A DNA stretch of 36,597 nucleotides from the NCBI GenBank assembly GCA_964425295.1, contig CAYRMX010000001.1, positions 1-36,597 on the forward strand, read 5' to 3'. Each line of letters begins with the position of its first letter. Position 1 is the first letter of the stretch. Source of the DNA: an uncultured Oscillospiraceae bacterium (GTDB lineage Bacteria > Bacillota > Clostridia > Oscillospirales > Oscillospiraceae). Positions 8,847-17,179 of the stretch are shown piece by piece. The position numbers were made by a program, and so were the translations under genes. Under the pieces are notes generated by a model that was not told the DNA's origin, made no database searches, and saw only the letters and a list, made by a program, of their open reading frames with translations.

Positions 8847-9731
8847 CTACTGCGCGTTGGAATCCTTGCGGAACGATTTTCTGTACTGCATGGGCGAGCA
8901 GCCGACGGATTTTTTGAACTGACGGTTGAAATTTGACAGATTACGGAAGCCGCATTCAAGCGCGATCGCCATGATCTGCTTGTCGCTTCCGAGAAGAAGA
9001 TCACAGGCGTTTTTGATGCGTACCTGTGTGATATAGGCGATGATGCTCATGCCCGTGATCCGGCGGAACGAGGTCATGAAATAATTCTTGCTCAGGGGGA
9101 TGAGCAGGGCGAGCTGCTCGACGGTCATTTCCTCGGCATAGTGCAGGTCGATATAGGACAAAACGGAGCGGATGCGCGCTTCGCCGACGCCCTTTCCGCC
9201 CTGCTGGAATGTGATATGATCGTGCAGATACAGCTCGTGAATCAGGCGGCAAAGCTCACCCTTAACGAGAAGATCGGCAGCCGGGTCGTTTTGCTTGGCG
9301 GCTCCGACGGCGGTCATGACCGAGGCGTGCAGCGCGGCATAGCCGGGACTGCTGCGACGGATGGGCATGGCGATCTGCGCGCCGCCCTTGACGAGCGGGG
9401 AGACGAGGGCGTGGTTTCCGCGCTCACCGGTCGAGCCGAAGACGTCGGCGGTGAATAGCAACGTGTCATAATAGACCGTGTCACTATCCAACGTAGTCAT
9501 CGAGTGAGTCTGATTCGGCTGGAAAATGAAAATATCGCCCTCGGAGGCGATGAAGCGCTCACCGTTGCGGTAAAAAACAGCATTGCCGGAGCGAACCACA
9601 TTGATTTCAAATTCGTGATGCCAGTGCGGGGCGATAAAGGGCAAAAGATCGGGCAAACCCGATGGATAGTATCGGAATGGGATGGTGAGAGAGGTGTGCT
9701 GCGCCAATTCCCGCGAGGATGAATTCGACAT
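8847..9731 (-). CDS. AraC-family transcriptional regulator with an N-terminal cupin domain
   Basis: PHWHHEFEI cupin motif; C-terminal LSKNYF...FRRITGMS and IALECGFRNLSNFNRQFKKSVGCSPMQYRK; AAGGAGG SD before ATG 9731; 294 aa. Confidence 0.95.
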   Translation of the reverse strand: MSNSSSRELAQHTSLTIPFRYYPSGLPDLLPFIAPHWHHEFEINVVRSGNAVFYRNGERFIASEGDIFIFQPNQTHSMTTLDSDTVYYDTLLFTADVFGSTGERGNHALVSPLVKGGAQIAMPIRRSSPGYAALHASVMTAVGAAKQNDPAADLLVKGELCRLIHELYLHDHITFQQGGKGVGEARIRSVLSYIDLHYAEEMTVEQLALLIPLSKNYFMTSFRRITGMSIIAYITQVRIKNACDLLLGSDKQIMAIALECGFRNLSNFNRQFKKSVGCSPMQYRKSFRKDSNAQ

Positions 9732-9834
9732 ATTTGCCTCCTTCCGCTTTCTGTAACGGGGAAAATCGGTTGATGTTGGGCGTGGTATCGGCAGATTGCC
9801 GAAAAATTGCAAAAAATATTTGCAGTGCATTGTT

Positions 9835-9863
9835 ATTATAACGGGGCGGACGAAAATTGTCAA
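9835..9863 (-). promoter_or_regulatory. Perfect-consensus sigmaA promoter for the AraC gene
   Basis: TTGACA-17 nt-TATAAT on the minus strand. Confidence 0.85.
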
Positions 9864-9977
9864 GCGCGGAACGCCCGCCGGTTGGGAGAAGTGTTCAAAA
9901 GTGGGAAACTCCGGAAAGCATCGTTGTGATTTTTGACGAAAAAAGTAGTATAGTATCAGTTATCAGGTGAATAGTGG

Positions 9978-10006
9978 TGGAGAGCGCGCGGAGAACACAA
10001 TATAAT
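9978..10006 (+). promoter_or_regulatory. Likely promoter of the glycan operon (weak -35, consistent with activator dependence)
   Basis: TGGAGA-17 nt-TATAAT, about 80 nt upstream of the first gene. Confidence 0.6.
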
Positions 10007-10085
10007 GTAGTCAGCATTACTACGCGGTGGTGTTTCGCTCGACCGCCGCAAGGGAAAATACACGGAGAAATGAAAGGTGATTGTT

Positions 10086-13000
10086 ATGATTCATGGCAAT
10101 GGCAAACCAACGTGCAAACGCATCATTTCAATGGTACTGTGCGCGGCAATGCTGCTGTCACCGCTGGCATCGCTGGTAGAAGTTTTCGCCGCCGAGCCGA
10201 CGGTCATGCAGGCAACCACGGTTGCTGCGCCCACCTCAACAAAAGGCGGCACTTCCACGACCGTGACGGTCGTGGAGGAAGGGGACGGCCCTTATTGGGG
10301 GAACACCACCATTGCGACTGCGACCATCGGCGACCCGATCGATGGGCTGATCGAAGAACGCAGCAGCGTGATTCTGAACAGCGCGAAGAATGAGGGATAC
10401 AACGATGGGCTTGAGCTTCGCACTTCAAGCTATTTCAGTGTGAATACCGGCTGGAATCCGTTTAACATGAAGACGCAGGATCTCATGTTCTATCTTGAGC
10501 TCCCCGCCGGTGTATCTGAAATCCGTCTGCGTGGCTTCTGGATTTGGTCGGATAACCTGAATGCCAGCAAATGGCCTGCACCTGCGGGCATGACTTACAA
10601 GTATCTGGAGAGCGACAGCAATGCTTGGGTCAGCGGCACGATCTCGACCGACGGCAACAAAACGATGGTACTGACTCCCGGCTTCAAGGGCTATATCCGC
10701 GTTGCGGTGAATACTGCGGAGAATTGCGCCGACTATAAAGATTACACCGTTAAGATGGTGAACTTCGATCTGAAGCTTCCGTCCTACGGCGGCAATGTCG
10801 GCGCGGCGAAGCTGGGCGGCGTCTGGTTTGTGACCAAGGAAGACGCATGCCTTGCGACCGTCAACGGCGGCACGGAGGAGAAGAAGCTCACCACTGCCGA
10901 GCTGCCCTCCCGCGAGCCCGACCCCGAAAAGGCAACTTGGACGGGTGCGGTCATGACCGGCGAGAGCAAGCTGAATGAGACCGCTGAGGTCGGCGAGACT
11001 CCGACGAGCCTTAACTGGGAAGCTCTTTGGAGTTCGAACACTACGCCGACATTGACAGTGGATCAACCGATCGCACCGGTCGGAACGCAAAAATCCATTA
11101 TCATTGACAGCCCGATGCAGGAAGGTTACGCCAGCGGCGCTGTAGATTCCGACGGCAAAACGGTCAACACACAGACCGCGTTCAGACCGCAGATCGACAA
11201 GGACATTAACCCGACGACGCAGGACATCGTGTTCTATATTGAACTGCCTGCAACGTCGAGCAGCATCCGCATCAATGACATCCACTGCAACTGGTATAAC
11301 ACATGGCCTGCACCCGGTGGCATGACGTATCGCTATCTGCCTGTCAACGGGACAGAATGGACGACCGGTACGATCACGACCGATGGCAACAAGCAGATCA
11401 ATCTGCCTGCGGGCTTCAAGGGCTATGTCCGTCTGGTGCTTAACACCGCGACGAACTATGATACTGTTGTTACGGGTGACCTGACCACAAAGCTGCGTGT
11501 ACATTATTTCACGCTCCGTCTGGAAAAGTTTGGCCTGAATAACGGCGTTGTGAAGTTCGGCGGTGTGTGGTTCGTTTCCAAGGAAACGGATACCTATTAT
11601 ATTAAGCTCGACGGCGCGACCGATGCGGTCAGCATGAGCGGCTACGTCGCCCCGAACTACACCGTCGGTTCTGTCCCGAAAGAGGAGAATGCCGACGTCG
11701 GTGCTGTTGCCACGCTTGCCAAGTTGGATGAGGACAAGAACTACTGGGGTACTGCATCTCAGGCAACGGTCACGACGGGCGAGACGATCAACATTGTTGA
11801 TGCGCAGAAATCTGTTGTGATCGACAGCGCGATTGAAGAAGGCTATCAAAACTCGAAAACTGCGCCGATGTTCTGGCTCGATTGCGGGAATGCACAGTTC
11901 AACATGAAAACGCAGGATGTTATGTTCTATGTTGAACTGCCTGAAAACGCAGGGGGTCTCCGCTTTAGCAGCAGCTTCGCATTTGCGGGCGGTTACATGA
12001 CCCCGAGTTCCTATGGCATGCCTGTGCAATATCTTGCGCTTAACGGCAATCAGTGGGTTTCCACCACGATTTCTGCCGACGGCAATCGTCAGCTTGAGCT
12101 GCCTGCGGGTTTCAAGGGTTATATCCGTATTCAGATGAATCAAGCGACCGGCGGCTGGTGGTCCGGTCATGACAGCTCCGACCAGAGTTGGAGAACCGAG
12201 ACCCTTACTATGAAGGGTTTCAACTTCTTCGTCTCTCTGTTCGGTGGCGAAAACGGCGCGGCGAAAATCGGCGGCGTGTGGTTCGTCTCCAAGGACGCGT
12301 TCACGACCATCAAGGTCGGCGATGCGACGAAGAACGTCAGAATGACGACGTGGCTCAAGCCGGTTTCCGTCATGGCGGCGACGACCGTTGCCAAGGAAGC
12401 CGAGCCTACCGTGACTTGGAACACCAACCTCACGTTCGAAGACGGAAGCTGGATCACCGATGAGGCGATGAAAACGAAAGCGACCGCTTCCGTGACCGAC
12501 GCGATCACGAAGATCGACACCGTCAAGAGTGTCACCGTCAGCAGTGCGAAGAAAGAGGGCTACGCTGCCGAGGGCACGCAGACCTATCCGATCTTCACCT
12601 GGCGCGCCTACGGCTCTGCGAAGATCAACATGTCGACACAGGATCTCATGTTCTATGTCAAGCTTGCCCCGAATGCCTCCGGCATGCGGCTCAAGGGCAT
12701 CAGTGTCGACGGTTGGAACATCTCGTTCAACAGCGGCGGTATGACCTATAAATACCTCTCGATCGATTCGAATGAATGGAAGACCGCGACGATCCCCAGC
12801 GATGGTAATTACACCATTGAGCTGGGCGACGGCTTTGAGGGCTATGTCCGTCTGGTCATGAGCACCGCGACGGATTCCCCGTGGGTTGCGAACGGTCATG
12901 ACAGCACCGGCTGGAAGACCAAGGAAATCTCGCTCAACGGTGTCAATTTCTGGATGTCCCGTTTCGGCGGCACATACGGCGACTTCAAGCTCGGCGGCAT

Positions 13001-16000
13001 GTGGACGGTTTCCGGCGAGGACAGCTACATGGTCAGCGTCAACGGCGGCGACGCGGTCAAGATGACCAACGCCGAAGTCGTTGAACCGAGCGAAAGCTCC
13101 GAACCAAGCGAAAGCTCCGAACCGAGCGAAACCACTGAGCCGAGTGAACCCACCGAACCCACCGAACCGACCGAGCCCAAGCCCGACGAGCGTGACTATC
13201 TGCTCGGTAGCGTGCCGAAGCAGGAGACTGCGGAAGTCGGCAGCGCTTCCACGCTTGTCAAGATGGACGTGGATAAGGCGTTCTGGGGCACAGCCACGCA
13301 GTCGACGGTCAAGGCGGGCGACGGCATCAACATCATTGACAGCCAGAAGTCGGTCGTGATCGACAGCCCAATCGCCGAGGGCTACAGCAATAAGACTGCG
13401 CCGCTGTTCTGGATTGACGCGGGCAACGCGACATTCGACATGGCGACACAGGACGTGATGTTCTATATCGAGCTTCCCGCAAGCGCCGACGGCATCCGTT
13501 TCAGCAGCAGCTTCGCCTTTGACGGCGGCTACATGACGCCGAGTTCCTCGGGCATGCCTGTTGAATATCTGACAATTGACGGTACGGGCTGGGTTTCCGC
13601 TACGGTTTCCGCTGACGATAACCGTCAGCTTGATCTGCCCAAGGGCTTCAAGGGCTATATCCGCATTCAGATGAATCAGGCGACCGGCGGCTGGTGGAGC
13701 GGTCACGACGGCGACACAAGCTGGAAGACCTCCAAGTTCACCATGAAGGGCTTCAACTTCTACCTTTCTTCGTTTGGCGGTGAATACGGCGTTGCAAAAA
13801 TCGGCGGTCTGTGGTTTGTCTCCAAGGAAGACTACCTCAAGATCAAGATCGGCGAGGCAGACGTCATGAACATGACCAAGCCCGGCAGCACAGAGCCGAC
13901 TGAGCCGACCACCCCGACAACTCCGACGACTCCGACCGAGCCTACCGAGCCTACCGAGCCGACCGAACCGATTGAGCCGGGTGACCGCGATTATCTGATC
14001 GCGTCCCGTCCGTCCTACGAACAGGGCGAAATCGGCGGCGCGGCAACGCAGATCACCGTTTCGGAAGACCAGAAGTGGTGGGGCATTGAAACCAAGGCGA
14101 CCACCAAGGCGACCGAAAACATCACGATCATCGACGACCAGAAGTCGGCGGTGCTCACGAGTACCATCCACGAGGGCTATGCCCACAGCCGGACCTCGCC
14201 GCTGTTCAGCATCACGACGAGCTGGCAGCAGTTCAACATGGCGACGCAGGATCTGATGTTCTACATCGAGCTTCCGACCAGCGGCAAGGGCAAGAGCAGC
14301 ATCCGCATGGGCGGCATCGGCATGGACAACTGGAACAAGTGGCCCGCGGTCTATACGGGCGGCGTGGGCATGAAGTATTCCTACCTCGAACTGACGGGGA
14401 CGGAGTGGGTCTCCGGTCAGGCGGACGGCAACAAGCAGCTCGACTTCCCGGACGGCTTCAAGGGCTATGTCCGCCTCCATGTCAACACCGCGAAGAACGC
14501 CATTGACGGCGGCTGGAGCATCGGCACTTATTCGATGATCTACTTCACGTTCAACGTCGGCTGCTTCGGCGGCGAATTCGGTGATGCGAAGTTCGGTGGT
14601 GTGTGGTTCGTCTCCAAGGAGAACTTCACCAAGATCAAGATCGGCAATGCCGAGGTCAAGAACATGACCAAGAGCATGAACGAGCGCGACTACCTGCTCG
14701 GCTCGATTCCGAACATGGAGACCGGCACCGTCGGCGCGAAGACCGACATCATCTCCATCGACGACAAGGGCTGGTGGGGCAAGACCAACGCAAGCGTGAC
14801 CGTCGGCGAGCACATCGCTCCCATCGGCACGAACGCACAGAAGTCCACCGTCATCGCGAGCGACAAGATCGAGGGCTATCTCAACAGCGCCTCCGCTCCC
14901 GCGTTCAGCGTGAGCACCTCGTGGTCGAGCTTCGACATCGCAAATCAGGACCTCATGTTCTATATCGAGCTGCCCGCGACCGGCTTGGGCTATTCCTCCA
15001 TCCGTATGAGCGGCATCACGATGAACTCTTGGGGCTTCTATCCCAGCGTGGTCGGCATGACCTACCAGTACCTCGAAGCAACCGGCAACAAGTGGGTTTC
15101 CGGCGTTGCCGACAGCAACAAGGAAATCAAGCTTCCCGACGGTTTCAAGGGCTACATCCGTCTGCTCATTAACACTGCGGGCAGCACCTTTATCCCCGAA
15201 AACAAGCCTGCGATTGCTGACTGGAAAACGGCTGTCCTCATGATGCAGGACTTCAGCTTCTTTGTCGGCGCATTCGGCGGCAAGTACGGCGAAGCGAAGC
15301 TCGGCGGTGTGTGGTTCATCTCCAAGGAGGACTACATCACCATCAGCGTCAGCGGCGGCGATGTGGAAAACCTGACGAGCTACAAGATCTTCAACGAAAA
15401 CGCTCTGACGAAATTCCGTGAGCTGCTTGCAAGTCTCGGCGCGAAGGATCTGACCGCCGCGTCCACCATCGACGAGCTGAACACGCTCTATTCCTCGATG
15501 AGCGACGAATACAAGCAGAAGATCACGGCGGCTGAGCTGGCGAAGATCAAGGAATACGAAGATGCCCTGTCTGTCTACCGTCCGACGTTCCTCGGTATTG
15601 CGATGAAGAAGTCCGGCTCGAACCCGCAGGGTCTCAAGGTCGGCTTCAAGGTCAACGCAGACCGCATTGCCAAGGAGGGCTACAAGGTCGTCGCGAACGG
15701 CGCGGTCTTCATTGACAAGAGCATCTACGACGGCAGCTCCGTTATTGACACCAACACGATCGGCGCGATGGTCAAGACGGGCAGAACCGGTCCGGACGGC
15801 TACTGCGCGATGACCGACATCGAAGACATGGGCTACAGAGACACTTACCTCGTTCGCACCTACGTTGTTTATGAAAAGATCGGCGGCGACGGCGCGCAGT
15901 ACACCGTCTGGAACAGCAACTACACGGATCGGTCGGGCAACACCGCACCGTACATGAGCTGCTACATCGGCGATGTGTCTTCGTACTTCTTCGTCCCGCT

Positions 16001-16013
16001 GATGAAGAAATGA
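10086..16013 (+). CDS. Giant secreted multi-module protein: 7 tandem copies of an unrecognised ~230-aa beta-rich module, a helical spacer and a C-terminal domain
   Basis: Sec signal (KRIISMVLCAAMLLSPLASLVEVFA); seven recurrences of QD[LIV][MV]FY.[EK]L / GF[KE]GY[IV]R / GG[VLM]W; Pro/Thr/Glu linkers; 1,975 aa from ATG 10086 (AAGGTGA SD). Confidence 0.9.
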   Translation: MIHGNGKPTCKRIISMVLCAAMLLSPLASLVEVFAAEPTVMQATTVAAPTSTKGGTSTTVTVVEEGDGPYWGNTTIATATIGDPIDGLIEERSSVILNSAKNEGYNDGLELRTSSYFSVNTGWNPFNMKTQDLMFYLELPAGVSEIRLRGFWIWSDNLNASKWPAPAGMTYKYLESDSNAWVSGTISTDGNKTMVLTPGFKGYIRVAVNTAENCADYKDYTVKMVNFDLKLPSYGGNVGAAKLGGVWFVTKEDACLATVNGGTEEKKLTTAELPSREPDPEKATWTGAVMTGESKLNETAEVGETPTSLNWEALWSSNTTPTLTVDQPIAPVGTQKSIIIDSPMQEGYASGAVDSDGKTVNTQTAFRPQIDKDINPTTQDIVFYIELPATSSSIRINDIHCNWYNTWPAPGGMTYRYLPVNGTEWTTGTITTDGNKQINLPAGFKGYVRLVLNTATNYDTVVTGDLTTKLRVHYFTLRLEKFGLNNGVVKFGGVWFVSKETDTYYIKLDGATDAVSMSGYVAPNYTVGSVPKEENADVGAVATLAKLDEDKNYWGTASQATVTTGETINIVDAQKSVVIDSAIEEGYQNSKTAPMFWLDCGNAQFNMKTQDVMFYVELPENAGGLRFSSSFAFAGGYMTPSSYGMPVQYLALNGNQWVSTTISADGNRQLELPAGFKGYIRIQMNQATGGWWSGHDSSDQSWRTETLTMKGFNFFVSLFGGENGAAKIGGVWFVSKDAFTTIKVGDATKNVRMTTWLKPVSVMAATTVAKEAEPTVTWNTNLTFEDGSWITDEAMKTKATASVTDAITKIDTVKSVTVSSAKKEGYAAEGTQTYPIFTWRAYGSAKINMSTQDLMFYVKLAPNASGMRLKGISVDGWNISFNSGGMTYKYLSIDSNEWKTATIPSDGNYTIELGDGFEGYVRLVMSTATDSPWVANGHDSTGWKTKEISLNGVNFWMSRFGGTYGDFKLGGMWTVSGEDSYMVSVNGGDAVKMTNAEVVEPSESSEPSESSEPSETTEPSEPTEPTEPTEPKPDERDYLLGSVPKQETAEVGSASTLVKMDVDKAFWGTATQSTVKAGDGINIIDSQKSVVIDSPIAEGYSNKTAPLFWIDAGNATFDMATQDVMFYIELPASADGIRFSSSFAFDGGYMTPSSSGMPVEYLTIDGTGWVSATVSADDNRQLDLPKGFKGYIRIQMNQATGGWWSGHDGDTSWKTSKFTMKGFNFYLSSFGGEYGVAKIGGLWFVSKEDYLKIKIGEADVMNMTKPGSTEPTEPTTPTTPTTPTEPTEPTEPTEPIEPGDRDYLIASRPSYEQGEIGGAATQITVSEDQKWWGIETKATTKATENITIIDDQKSAVLTSTIHEGYAHSRTSPLFSITTSWQQFNMATQDLMFYIELPTSGKGKSSIRMGGIGMDNWNKWPAVYTGGVGMKYSYLELTGTEWVSGQADGNKQLDFPDGFKGYVRLHVNTAKNAIDGGWSIGTYSMIYFTFNVGCFGGEFGDAKFGGVWFVSKENFTKIKIGNAEVKNMTKSMNERDYLLGSIPNMETGTVGAKTDIISIDDKGWWGKTNASVTVGEHIAPIGTNAQKSTVIASDKIEGYLNSASAPAFSVSTSWSSFDIANQDLMFYIELPATGLGYSSIRMSGITMNSWGFYPSVVGMTYQYLEATGNKWVSGVADSNKEIKLPDGFKGYIRLLINTAGSTFIPENKPAIADWKTAVLMMQDFSFFVGAFGGKYGEAKLGGVWFISKEDYITISVSGGDVENLTSYKIFNENALTKFRELLASLGAKDLTAASTIDELNTLYSSMSDEYKQKITAAELAKIKEYEDALSVYRPTFLGIAMKKSGSNPQGLKVGFKVNADRIAKEGYKVVANGAVFIDKSIYDGSSVIDTNTIGAMVKTGRTGPDGYCAMTDIEDMGYRDTYLVRTYVVYEKIGGDGAQYTVWNSNYTDRSGNTAPYMSCYIGDVSSYFFVPLMKK
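13083..13178 (+). repeat. Tandem 18/9-bp repeats encoding the EPSESS/EPT linker
   Basis: gaaccragcgaaagctcc twice, then gaacccacc-like 9-mers. Confidence 0.85.
13890..13979 (+). repeat. Tandem 9-bp repeats encoding the TEP/TTP linker
   Basis: TEPTEPTTPTTPTTPTEPTEPTEPTEPIEP. Confidence 0.85.
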
Positions 16014-16027
16014 AAGAGGTGACCGGC

Positions 16028-17179
16028 ATGAAATTCAAACTCAAGAAACTTCTGACCGCCGCAGCCGCCGTGCTGCTGGTTGTCAGTATGCTGTGCGCCT
16101 GCAACAGCGAACAGGGCGTGACCAGCACGGAGGAGGAACTCAACGGTATGCAATCGGCAGATAAGCTCGGTCTGTCCCATGCGGACGACGACTCTGTCAC
16201 CAATGGGGGCACCAATGCCCCCGTGGTGACCCTGACCGCAGGCGAAAAGCCCTACCGCAGCAACGGCAAATGGGTCAGCATCAAGGACGCCAACGAGGTC
16301 ATCTATGATCTCAAGGTCACGAGCTTCAACGTCGGTCAGTGGTATCACGGCGTTTCGAACCTCGATATCTACGGCGCGCAGGAAAAGGTGCATCCCGGCA
16401 TCCTGCCGGAGTTCGTCATCGGCGCGTACAATTCATGGATGAAGGCGTTCCCCGACTATGATTCCGACGTCATCTGCGCGCAGGAAATGTCCACGATCTT
16501 CATGATCGACAGCAAGAAAAATATCACCCTGACGGCAAAGGAAGTCCTCGACGACTACTTCAAGGAAGTCCATGAGTTCGTCGGCTCGACCAAGAGCGGC
16601 GCCATCCCCATGTATATGGGCATGCTCGTGCCGAACGCTTCGGAATACAGCCTGAAGAACATCACCACCGGCCATCTCTGCGAGGGCGACACGCGCTATC
16701 AGCGTGCCTACATGAAGGGCTACGTCACCGTCAACGGCCATGATATCGCCGTCTACTGCGTCCACTTGCAGCCGAACTCCTCCGGTCTGGGCGACGCAAG
16801 CATCCGCCGTCAGGCATATCTTGAGATCATCGAGATGGCGAGCAAGGAAGAATACGCCATCGTCATGGGCGACATGAACCCTGACACGGATATGGGCGAA
16901 GAATACGAGATCATGGTTAATGCCGGTTTCAACATGGCTAACTGCAGTGATTTTGGTGCGATGAACACCTATGAATACTCCACCAGTTGGGCCGGCGACA
17001 ACATCTTCACGACCAACAATATCGAAATTGCCTATGCTGAGGTCGAAAAATCGATGGTCGGTGGTTCCGACCACTATCCGATCAGCGCCTACCTCGTCGT
17101 CAAGGACGAGCCGCACACCTGCGGCGGTGACTTCACCGCCGACAGCGAAAACTATATCGAAGGGTGGTATCAGCCGTGA
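16028..17179 (+). CDS. Endonuclease/exonuclease/phosphatase (EEP) family lipoprotein
   Basis: Lipobox-like MLCAC; EEP motifs VTSFNV, DVICAQE, VHL, MGDMN, DNIF, SDHYP; GAGGTG SD before ATG 16028; 383 aa. Confidence 0.88.
   Translation: MKFKLKKLLTAAAAVLLVVSMLCACNSEQGVTSTEEELNGMQSADKLGLSHADDDSVTNGGTNAPVVTLTAGEKPYRSNGKWVSIKDANEVIYDLKVTSFNVGQWYHGVSNLDIYGAQEKVHPGILPEFVIGAYNSWMKAFPDYDSDVICAQEMSTIFMIDSKKNITLTAKEVLDDYFKEVHEFVGSTKSGAIPMYMGMLVPNASEYSLKNITTGHLCEGDTRYQRAYMKGYVTVNGHDIAVYCVHLQPNSSGLGDASIRRQAYLEIIEMASKEEYAIVMGDMNPDTDMGEEYEIMVNAGFNMANCSDFGAMNTYEYSTSWAGDNIFTTNNIEIAYAEVEKSMVGGSDHYPISAYLVVKDEPHTCGGDFTADSENYIEGWYQP

Larger units (their letters stand above)
10200..15380 (+). repeat. Seven intragenic domain repeats
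   Basis: GF[KE]GY anchors at 10680, 11412, 12108, 12831, 13644, 14454 and 15141 (spacing 687-813 nt). Outer boundaries are approximate. Confidence 0.9.

Noticed and set aside
9933-9954. TTGACG...TATAGT as the operon promoter
   Set aside because: The spacer is only 10 nt.
13083-13979. CRISPR array or DGR template/variable repeat
   Set aside because: The short repeats are in-frame linker codons without spacers. Differences between repeats 3 and 5 are not adenine-specific, and no cas or reverse transcriptase gene is present.
10425-14813. 1,462-aa minus-strand ORF, and similar ones at 17170-19341, 19338-20933, 28643-30124, 31425-34451 and 34458-36587
   Set aside because: Antisense shadows of well-supported plus-strand genes, expected with strong GC3 bias; no motifs and atypical composition.
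10086-16013. Classical cellulosomal scaffoldin (cohesin repeats)
   Set aside because: Modules are ~230 aa and Trp-rich, unlike ~140-aa cohesins, and no dockerin motif is visible in any protein in the window. Kept only as an analogy.
16028-17179. EEP protein as a defence or toxin nuclease
   Set aside because: It has a lipoprotein signal, is coupled within a sugar operon, and has no immunity or defence neighbours.
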